Below, one piece after another: positions 1-7,472 of a DNA stretch of 50,432 nucleotides (its first letter is position 1; each line of letters starts with the position of its first letter). The notes under the pieces were generated by a model. That model did not search any database and was not told the DNA's origin. It saw only the letters and a list, made by a program, of their open reading frames with translations. Origin of the DNA: Clostridia bacterium (GTDB taxonomy: Bacteria; Bacillota; Clostridia; Oscillospirales; CAG-272); the NCBI GenBank assembly GCA_017414385.1, contig JAFQMO010000124.1, positions 1 to 50,432 of the forward strand, read 5' to 3'. A program made the position numbers and the translations under genes.

Positions 1-52
1 ATGAAAAAACAGCGAAAAATAGCCGCAGAAATCTCCAAAAGGGGACCATGAT

Positions 53-441
53 TCACCCCCAATAACAGAGGACATACAGCTTTCGTCATGAAATTAACGA
101 CAGTCTCTGCGCGCATCCTTCACCAAATCACCCCCAATAACAGAGGACATTACAAACACTGTCAAAGAAACAAGGACGAAAAAACCCCTTTGTTTCGGTT
201 TTTTCAGAAACACATCACCTCCAATAACAACGGACAGTATCATCTCAATATATGATTGTATTCGCGATAACAAAAGCATCGAAGCAGCGTTTTTCTGGCA
301 CCTCCAATAACGGGGGACATAATGTCCGCTGCCATTGCACCCCAAAACAGACCCCACATGCAATAAAACACCACATCACCTGCCATAAATCGGTACATCC
401 CTCCAATAAAAATGGACATATCCCCCAATAATAAAGGACAT
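53..441. repeat. Array of 23-bp imperfect direct repeats (iteron-like), consensus TCACC(C/T)CCAATAA-N5-GGACAT
   Basis: Copies at 53-75 and 128-150 (identical, TCACCCCCAATAACAGAGGACAT), 215-237, 298-320, 376-398, 397-419 and 419-441. Degenerate copies near 31-49 and 337-359. Start-to-start spacings are 75, 87, 83, 78, 21 and 22 bp. Confidence 0.9.
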
Positions 442-569
442 TCGGTTTTTGTGAGGAACGCGAAAACCACTTATATTTCGGGATTTTTACGTTATTATTG
501 TCTACTGTTTTTTTCTGTAAGTATATGTATGTATGTGTATGTTACTTGTATGACGGTATTTGCGCGTGC

Positions 570-598
570 TTGACAAAAAACTCCTTTTCTTGTATTCT
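570..598 (+). promoter_or_regulatory. sigma-A-type promoter for the Rep-like gene
   Basis: TTGACA (570-575), 17 bp, TATTCT (593-598). Strong RBS GGAAGGAGGGG at 690-700 before ATG 705. Confidence 0.6.
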
Positions 599-704
599 AT
601 ATACTGATATATCTTAAAATGCGATCGTTGTCTTGTATCGACCACAAATTTTGACTGCATTCGAAATTGCTTGACAGATACTGATCATAGGAAGGAGGGG
701 TTAT

Positions 705-2051
705 ATGTCCGCATCAGAGTATACAACTGCAAAAAAGACGGCTTCTGTCGATGTTGTTCCGTTTTTTCGGCTGTCCAATCTGCATATCACAGGTACGATG
801 GCTTCCAATGTGTGTGCTGATACCTCTTTGAATATGGGATTTTCTTCCTTGCGTGACCTCGGTCTTTATTCTATGATCGGTGCATTGCTCTCCAACCCCT
901 CCTTTACTTATGCCTCCGGCGGTCTTCAAAAGCTCCTTTTAATGCATTGTAAAAATAGATATTTCAGTCTTCACGCTTCGTTTAAAAGACTCCAAGAGAC
1001 CGGATACCTACTTCGTACACGTATTCCCATGGGCAAAAATTGCTTCCGTGATTACTACACATTGTCTCAAAATACGCAGAATACGCCATCTCCGGCCGTT
1101 CATCTTCGTCGTGCACAATCAAAAGCATTTCTTTCCGCATATCAACCCTTCACGCCTCCAACCGAAGATTTTACCAAGATTTCCATACCAATGCTGATGG
1201 ATCCGCGTCTCTCATTATCTGCCAAAGGGTTATATGCCGTGATTGCGCGTTTTATCCGGATTTCCGAGTATTCATCTGCCTGTATCATATCAAAGGATAT
1301 GCTCAGAAAGGTATGCAAGGAAGGGCATAACGCATTTGACCGTATTTTTCGAGAACTCCGTTGTGCAGGTTATCTCTCTTTGATCCGCGTAACCGATGCA
1401 AGAACAGCAAAGCCTCGTTATTTGTATGTGCTTTCAGCAACAGCCTCTCAGGTAGATCCTATTTCCAATGAGGTATGCCAGGTACGGCAAAAAACGTCTT
1501 CTGTCCGTATCGAGAAACAGCAAAATAGGCCTGTTGATCAGCGCAAAGCGGAGCCTCCGCATCTGGATCCAAATCCATCCATCTCGCAAAATCAAGCGAT
1601 TATCTCCACACATATACAGCCTCAATCGATGTCAGAGATCGAAAAAACGGTTCGTGAACAGATTGAGTATCCTTGTTTGTGTGAGGAATACCCGACAGAA
1701 AAGCTGAACTGTATCGTTTCCATCATATCCTCCTTCCTACATAGCGCCGCCACAGACAGAGCTGTGGTCGGATCAAACAAAACTCAAGGGAAAACCGTTT
1801 CCTTGGGACGAAATACCGTTCTTTTCTCGGAAGTAAATGAGCGTTTCAAGCAGCTTGACAGTGAAGATATCCGTTTTGTTTTGGATTCCTACACACAAGC
1901 CTCCAAAAGTGTAAAGATCCGGAATCTGCGTGCGTATCTCACAACCTGTCTCTTCCATGCAAAAGAAAACCTTGCCTTGGCATTGGAATCTCTTGCCGAC
2001 ACTGTTCCCGGATCGACGGAGAAACTTCATCCCCCATGTCCATCTCAATAA
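705..2051 (+). CDS. Putative replication initiator: two tandem winged-HTH domains plus a C-terminal DUF6017-like domain
   Basis: Two related segments (SLRDLGLYSMI...FKRLQETGYLLRTR and FTKISIPMLMDPRLSLSAKGLYAVI...FRELRCAGYLSLIR) resemble phage/ICE initiator N-terminal HTHs. The C-terminus (VREQIEY...EVNERFKQLDSEDIRFVLDS...IRNLRAYLTTCLFHA) resembles the DUF6017 domain of Firmicute Rep proteins. Good RBS. Confidence 0.7.
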   Translation: MSASEYTTAKKTASVDVVPFFRLSNLHITGTMASNVCADTSLNMGFSSLRDLGLYSMIGALLSNPSFTYASGGLQKLLLMHCKNRYFSLHASFKRLQETGYLLRTRIPMGKNCFRDYYTLSQNTQNTPSPAVHLRRAQSKAFLSAYQPFTPPTEDFTKISIPMLMDPRLSLSAKGLYAVIARFIRISEYSSACIISKDMLRKVCKEGHNAFDRIFRELRCAGYLSLIRVTDARTAKPRYLYVLSATASQVDPISNEVCQVRQKTSSVRIEKQQNRPVDQRKAEPPHLDPNPSISQNQAIISTHIQPQSMSEIEKTVREQIEYPCLCEEYPTEKLNCIVSIISSFLHSAATDRAVVGSNKTQGKTVSLGRNTVLFSEVNERFKQLDSEDIRFVLDSYTQASKSVKIRNLRAYLTTCLFHAKENLALALESLADTVPGSTEKLHPPCPSQ

Positions 2052-2143
2052 GAGTTCGCATCTGCAACAATAAAAATCCCAGCCTTGTGTCATCATGATA
2101 TGTCACAGGGCTGGTTGTGTTGCTATACATAAGAAAATCACAT

Positions 2144-2192
2144 AAAAAAGGAAACACAGACACGCTTGTTTTTGTCTGTGTTTCTTTTTTTT
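2144..2192 (+). terminator. Intrinsic terminator downstream of the Rep-like gene
   Basis: GAAACACAGACA-loop-TGTCTGTGTTTC followed by a T-run. A second hairpin CCAGCCTTGTG...CACAGGGCTGG lies at 2079-2114. Confidence 0.7.
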
Positions 2193-2417
2193 CCGATCGT
2201 GCAAGCTCACGTGCAGAAGCTTCGGCGCTATGTCTCATGCGCAACCCGTTTCTTCTCTCTTTTTTCCTAGCTTTTTTCAGGAATTCATTGCCCCTCGAAT
2301 TTCAAAAGGATGGGAAAAATAGGGATGGAAAATGAATGAATGAATGACAAAAGCATGATAATTTTCCGGATGAAAAAATGGACAATGGCAATGGGATGGA
2401 TGAAATTTTACTGCAAA

Positions 2418-2458
2418 TTATTATATCCCTTGTTATTATATCCCATAACAATTATATC
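2418..2458. repeat. Short AT-rich direct repeats TTATTATATCCC
   Basis: Exact copies at 2418-2429 and 2433-2444, partial copy ATTATATC at 2451-2458. Confidence 0.7.
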
Positions 2459-2504
2459 TTCATCTTCTTTGTGACATTACAACAGCAGAAAGTGAGAAAA
2501 TCCC

Positions 2505-2533
2505 TTGACATTTTAAGAAAAACATGGTATACT
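2505..2533 (+). promoter_or_regulatory. sigma-A promoter of the ileS leader
   Basis: TTGACA (2505-2510), 17 bp, TG-extended TATACT (2528-2533). Confidence 0.85.
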
Positions 2534-2552
2534 AAATCAAAGATAATGCTGC

Positions 2553-2810
2553 AAAAATGATGACGAAGACAGTATGTATTGACCAAAGGTATCCACAGAG
2601 AGTCAGCAGGGGTGAGAGTTGACGTTACCGTTGATACAGAAAATCACTTCCGAGTTGCAAATCCGAAAGGAAGTCTTTTCCGATTAAGATGCGCCGGATC
2701 CGCCGTAAAAGGACACGTCTGTTGGGACTGTGGAAATAAAACAGCTGAATGTCTCTTTAGAAAGGCAATGTTCAGACCTGTTCCGATGTCTCGGGGCCGG
2801 TCTTTTCTTT
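2553..2810 (+). ncRNA. T-box riboswitch (Ile specifier AUC) upstream of ileS
   Basis: Stem I hallmarks: GA motif, AGTA...GAA loop-E, AGAGAG bulge, GGTGAGA distal loop and specifier ATC at 2643-2645. Terminator AGACC...GGTCT plus T-run at 2774-2810. Confidence 0.8.
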
Positions 2811-2880
2811 ATGCGGGAGCTTTGTTATTTAGATGAGCGTTTGTATAAGCAATCAAAACAATAAAAAAGGGAGTCTGCTT

Positions 2881-5800
2881 ATGTTGTATGAAAAAGTGTC
2901 GACAGGTATGAATTTTGTTGACAGAGAAAAAGAAATCGAAAAGTTTTGGCGTGAAAATCGGATTTTTCAAAAAAGCATCGATATTCGTGAAAACGGACAG
3001 GAATATACTTTTTATGATGGTCCCCCCACAGCAAACGGAAAGCCGCATATCGGACATGTTTTGACCCGTGTCATCAAAGATATGGTTCCCAGATACCGTA
3101 CAATGAAGGGATGTCATGTCCTCCGTAAGGCGGGATGGGATACACACGGTCTTCCTGTTGAGCTTGAAGTAGAGAAATCCGTCGGAATTGAAGGAAAGGA
3201 TCAGATCGAAGCGTACGGTCTTGAGCCGTTTCTTGGCAAATGCAAGGAATCTGTCTGGAAATATAAAGGGATGTGGGAGGATTTCTCCGCAACGGTCGGC
3301 TTTTGGGCAGATATGGAGGATCCTTACGTTACCTATCATAATGAGTTTATCGAATCTGAGTGGTGGGCATTGAAGCAGATTTGGGACAAAGGATTGCTTT
3401 ACAAGGGCTTTAAGATCGTTCCTTACTGTCCTCGTTGCGGCACCCCCCTTTCCTCTCATGAGGTTGCACAGGGCTATAAGACGGTAAAAGAAAGATCTGC
3501 GATCGTTCGTTTCCGTGTTGTCGGTGAGGATGCGTATTTTCTTGCATGGACAACAACCCCGTGGACACTGCCTTCCAATGTTGCGTTGTGTGTCAATCCC
3601 AATGAAACCTACTGTAAGGTAGCGGCAGGAGACGGAAGGACCTACTATATGGCAAAGGCACTTCTGGACACTGTCCTTGGCAGCTTGAAGACAGAGGATG
3701 CGGCAGCATATGAGATCCTTGCCGAGTATACAGGTACAGATTTGGAGGGGCGCGCATATGAGCCTTTGTTTGAATGTGCGGGAATCTGTGCGGAAAAGCA
3801 GAATAAAAAGGGCTTTTACATTACCTGTGATGACTACGTTACAATGAGTGACGGTACCGGTATCGTTCATATTGCACCTGCATTCGGTGAAGATGATGCT
3901 AATGTTGGCAGAAACTACGATCTTCCGTTTGTACAGTTTGTTAACGGAAAGGGTGAAATGACGGAGGAGACTGCATATGCAGGTGTCTTTGTTAAGGATG
4001 CTGATCCGCTGATCCTTCGTGATCTGGATGCGGCTGGGAAACTGTTTTCCGCGCCGAAGTTTGAGCATGATTATCCCCATTGTTGGCGCTGTAATACACC
4101 GCTGATCTATTATGCGCGTGATTCTTGGTTCATCAAGATGACAGCGGTCAAGGATCAGCTGATCCGTAATAACAATACCGTTCATTGGATTCCCGAATCC
4201 ATCGGAAAGGGCCGTTTTGGCGATTGGCTTGAGAATATTCAAGATTGGGGTATTTCCAGAAACCGCTACTGGGGAACACCGCTCAATATTTGGGAATGTG
4301 AATGCGGACACAAACATGCGGTCGGTTCCATTGAGGAGCTGAAATCGATGTCCGATGATTGTCCTTCTGAGATCGAGCTTCACAGACCCTTCATCGATGC
4401 GGTAACGCTGCGCTGTGAGAAGTGCGGCGGCAAGATGCACCGTGTTTCTGAGGTTATCGACTGTTGGTTTGATTCGGGCTCGATGCCCTTTGCACAGTGG
4501 CACTATCCCTTTGAGCATAAGGAAGAATTCCATGAGCATTTCCCGGCAGACTTCATCTCGGAGGGTGTTGATCAGACCCGCGGTTGGTTCTACTCGTTGA
4601 TGGCGATCTCCACCTTGCTCTTTGACTGTGCCCCCTATAAGAATGTTCTTGTCCTCGGCCACGTACTTGATAAGGATGGTCAGAAAATGTCCAAGTCCAA
4701 GGGAAATGCGGTCGATCCCTTTGAAGCATTACAGACATACGGCGCTGATGCGATTCGTTGGTATTTCTATTCCAATTCCGCTCCGTGGCTTCCTAACCGC
4801 TTCTATGCGGAGGCGGTGACGGAGGGCCAGCGCAAGTTTATGGGTACACTGTGGAATACGTATGCGTTCTATGTTCTCTATGCAAATATTGATGGCTTTC
4901 ATCCGATGTCTTACCGTCTTGATGAGGATTCGCTCGGTGTTATGGATCGTTGGATCCTTTCTAAGCTGAATTCAACGGTGAAGAAGGTCGACGAGAATAT
5001 GGATGCTTACCGTATCCCCGAGACCTGCCGTCTTTTAACAGATTTCATTGATGAGCTTTCCAATTGGTACGTCCGCCGTAATCGTGAACGTTTTTGGGCG
5101 AAGGGAATGGAGCAGGATAAGATCAATGCGTATCTCACACTGTATACTGCGCTTGTAACGATCTGTAAGGCTGCTGCACCGATGGTTCCCTTTATGACAG
5201 AGGATATTTACCGCAACCTTGTCTGCCGTATTGATCCGACAGCACCGGAAAGCATTCACCTTTGTGATTATCCTGTTGCAGACGAAGCACGGATCCTTCC
5301 CGAGCTTGAAAAGGATATGGATGACGTCCTTTCTGTTGTCGTACTTGGCCGTGCTTGCAGAAATCAGGCCAATATCAAGAACCGCCAGCCGGTTGGCTTG
5401 GTTTATGTTAAGAGCGATTTCTCCCTTCCTGTTTTTTGCTGTGATATCATTGAGGATGAGTTGAATGTCAAGAAGGTCGTTTTTACAGATAACGTTCGTG
5501 ACTTTACAACGTATTCCTTTAAGCCGCAGATGCGTACCTTAGGTCCGAAGTACGGTAAGCAGCTGAATGCGATCAGACAGCTTCTGACGGAGGTTGACGG
5601 CAATGCTGCAATGGATTCGCTTGATTCTGTCGGCTCGATCACCTTGAAGCTTCCCGACGGAACCGATGCGATTTTGACAAAGGAAGATCTTCTGATTGAA
5701 ATGACACAGAAGCCCGGATATGAATCCGTTTTCGATCGTGGAATTACCGTGGTGATCGATACGAATCTGACGCCGGAGCTTTTGGAAGAAGGTTTGGTAC

Positions 5801-6036
5801 GAGAGATCGTATCCAAGATCCAGACAATGCGTAAGGATTGCGGCTTTGAGGTTATGGATCACATTGAAATCGGTGTCGCACAGAATGAAGTAATTGAGAA
5901 CATCATGAGAAAGTATGCGGAGGATATCTGCGCAGATACACTCTGTGACTCGATTGTATACGGAGAGACCGGTGAAAACGAAAAGAATTGGAATATCAAC
6001 GGACAGAATGTCATGCTTTCTGTAAAGCAGCTTTGA
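2881..6036 (+). CDS. ileS: Isoleucyl-tRNA synthetase (type 2, archaeal/eukaryote-like)
   Basis: DGPPTANGKPHIGH, GWDTHGLP, WTTTPWTLPSN, DWGISRNRYWG, EGVDQTRGWF and KMSKS motifs. Start moved to ATG 2881 after the GGGAG RBS. The Ile T-box upstream agrees. Confidence 0.97.
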   Translation: MLYEKVSTGMNFVDREKEIEKFWRENRIFQKSIDIRENGQEYTFYDGPPTANGKPHIGHVLTRVIKDMVPRYRTMKGCHVLRKAGWDTHGLPVELEVEKSVGIEGKDQIEAYGLEPFLGKCKESVWKYKGMWEDFSATVGFWADMEDPYVTYHNEFIESEWWALKQIWDKGLLYKGFKIVPYCPRCGTPLSSHEVAQGYKTVKERSAIVRFRVVGEDAYFLAWTTTPWTLPSNVALCVNPNETYCKVAAGDGRTYYMAKALLDTVLGSLKTEDAAAYEILAEYTGTDLEGRAYEPLFECAGICAEKQNKKGFYITCDDYVTMSDGTGIVHIAPAFGEDDANVGRNYDLPFVQFVNGKGEMTEETAYAGVFVKDADPLILRDLDAAGKLFSAPKFEHDYPHCWRCNTPLIYYARDSWFIKMTAVKDQLIRNNNTVHWIPESIGKGRFGDWLENIQDWGISRNRYWGTPLNIWECECGHKHAVGSIEELKSMSDDCPSEIELHRPFIDAVTLRCEKCGGKMHRVSEVIDCWFDSGSMPFAQWHYPFEHKEEFHEHFPADFISEGVDQTRGWFYSLMAISTLLFDCAPYKNVLVLGHVLDKDGQKMSKSKGNAVDPFEALQTYGADAIRWYFYSNSAPWLPNRFYAEAVTEGQRKFMGTLWNTYAFYVLYANIDGFHPMSYRLDEDSLGVMDRWILSKLNSTVKKVDENMDAYRIPETCRLLTDFIDELSNWYVRRNRERFWAKGMEQDKINAYLTLYTALVTICKAAAPMVPFMTEDIYRNLVCRIDPTAPESIHLCDYPVADEARILPELEKDMDDVLSVVVLGRACRNQANIKNRQPVGLVYVKSDFSLPVFCCDIIEDELNVKKVVFTDNVRDFTTYSFKPQMRTLGPKYGKQLNAIRQLLTEVDGNAAMDSLDSVGSITLKLPDGTDAILTKEDLLIEMTQKPGYESVFDRGITVVIDTNLTPELLEEGLVREIVSKIQTMRKDCGFEVMDHIEIGVAQNEVIENIMRKYAEDICADTLCDSIVYGETGENEKNWNINGQNVMLSVKQL

Positions 6037-6041
6037 TATCG

Positions 6042-6076
6042 AAAAAAACCGATGATCATAGATCATCGGTTTTTTT
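6042..6076. terminator. Bidirectional intrinsic terminator
   Basis: AAAAAAACCGATGATC-ATA-GATCATCGGTTTTTTT between convergent genes. Confidence 0.85.
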
Positions 6077-7096
6077 ATATGTTTTATCTTGAGCGGGATC
6101 GATTTCCGAGGAGTTGGACGATGACGCATTTATTTGGCCTTCCGTTTCGGCGGATGAAACTTTTATGCGACGCAGACGGGCTGTTTGACGCGCTGCAGTA
6201 TAACGCTTCTTTTGGTGACTGTCATAAGGAAAAAGGATCGCCGAGGCGGTATACAGATTTGTTTCTTTGATTGGCCGAGATACGGTTTCCAAGAGAAATT
6301 TCCCGTGATGCTCGCAGTAGAATAGCGTCAGCATCTCTGTCTTGGACATCCGGATCCATGTTCCGGTGCTTCCCGCATTTCCGCAGATCGGGCAGTAGTA
6401 GCGCAAGGAACGTGCAGCGTGCAGACTTTCTCCGGGGGTCGGAGCAGGTGGGGTGGTTGTTTGAAGAACTCCTGTGGCGGTGGGTACAGCCGGAGAGGTA
6501 TCTTCGGATTTCAAGGAAAAGAGCTCCGTTACACTGTCGGGATTGTTTTTTTGAAGATATGAGAGGATTCTTGCGGTGTCCGACGCATCAGCCAATGCAT
6601 TGTGTCTGTTTTTGGAGTCCTGCATCAGGCCGAGATGATTTAAGAGCGCGGCAAGTCCCGGATATGGCTGACGTAATCCGGCGCCTCTTGACAGGATCGG
6701 CTGAAGATCGCGCATTTTGGGGATAAGTGAGGATGCGCTCTCTGCGCTGCAACCGCCTTTTACGCGAAGATTTTGCAGCAGTGCGCTGCGGTCGGCACAT
6801 CCCCAGGTAAAAATCGGGAGATTCCTTGTAAATGCGCAAAATTCCTCGAAAAATCGGGAAAACGAGGGGGCATATGCAAGTGCTGCTCGGTCCAAAAGAA
6901 GAACATTCAGCACAACGGGATGGAGGTATTCCGGTGTCATTGGTTGAATGAGTGTGTAGAATTGATCGAGAATTTGTCCTTCCTCGTCGATACGGACGGC
7001 TCCGGCAGAAAGAATTTCATTGAAATATTGAAAATGAGTTTCCGATGGGTAGGGCGTGACTGCCCATTCGAAATCAGCAATAATAAATTGTTTCAT
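6056..7096 (-). CDS. DEDDh 3'-5' exonuclease (ERI-1/KapD-like) with C-terminal Zn-ribbon-like region
   Basis: IIADFEW, WGCADR and HNALADA motifs, plus C-terminal CPICG...CEHHG. Start at MKQFII (7096) after AAGGA. Confidence 0.8.
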   Translation of the reverse strand: MKQFIIADFEWAVTPYPSETHFQYFNEILSAGAVRIDEEGQILDQFYTLIQPMTPEYLHPVVLNVLLLDRAALAYAPSFSRFFEEFCAFTRNLPIFTWGCADRSALLQNLRVKGGCSAESASSLIPKMRDLQPILSRGAGLRQPYPGLAALLNHLGLMQDSKNRHNALADASDTARILSYLQKNNPDSVTELFSLKSEDTSPAVPTATGVLQTTTPPAPTPGESLHAARSLRYYCPICGNAGSTGTWIRMSKTEMLTLFYCEHHGKFLLETVSRPIKETNLYTASAILFPYDSHQKKRYTAARQTARLRRIKVSSAETEGQINASSSNSSEIDPAQDKTYKKTDDL

Positions 7097-7142
7097 AAGT
7101 GAGTCCTTGCATTGGGGATTTGATCCGAAGATCACAATGCAT

Positions 7143-7171
7143 ATCATATCATGTTTTCATGAAAAAGTCAA
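7143..7171 (-). promoter_or_regulatory. sigma-A promoter of the exonuclease gene
   Basis: Minus strand TTGACT, 17 bp, TG-extended TATGAT. Confidence 0.6.
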
Positions 7172-7224
7172 GATTCTTCGGCAAACATACAAGGCAACAC
7201 AAAGAAACTGTTTGAAGAGGAAAG

Positions 7225-7240
7225 TGTTTCACGTGAAACC
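7225..7240. promoter_or_regulatory. parS (ParB/Spo0J binding site)
   Basis: TGTTTCACGTGAAACC matches the consensus TGTTTCACGTGAAACA at 15/16 and has a perfect 14-bp palindromic core. Intergenic. Confidence 0.8.
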
Positions 7241-7472
7241 AAGAACAAATGTTCTTGTGAAATGCAAGGATTCCGAAAACGTGCAACAATTTTGAAACGA
7301 AAATTGATCCTCGGTACAGTTGGGGTGGATTACCGAAATTTATGCGGTACGTGGATCCCGGCATATTTCGATTATAAAACGATGATAACCTCGGAAGAAC
7401 GCATTGCGTGAAAGGGAATAAAAAATCTGCCGGAGCTCCGTGAAGGCCGGTTCCGACAGATATTTGGATATA

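Noticed and set aside
53-441. Repeat-spacer array as a CRISPR
   Set aside because: Repeats are degenerate in the middle and non-palindromic, spacers range from 0 to 64 bp, and no cas genes are in the window.
94-470. Minus-strand ORFs 94-363 and 240-470 with repeated SVIGGD peptides
   Set aside because: By-products of the DNA repeats. The units fall in different frames and there is no RBS support.
2589-2597. DnaA-box-like GTATCCACA
   Set aside because: Single 8/9 match inside T-box stem I. No cluster of boxes was seen nearby.
2809-4662. 617-aa antisense ORF over ileS (likewise long antisense ORFs over secA, dnaK, grpE and the SLH gene)
   Set aside because: Shadow ORFs opposite well-conserved genes, with no recognisable motifs.
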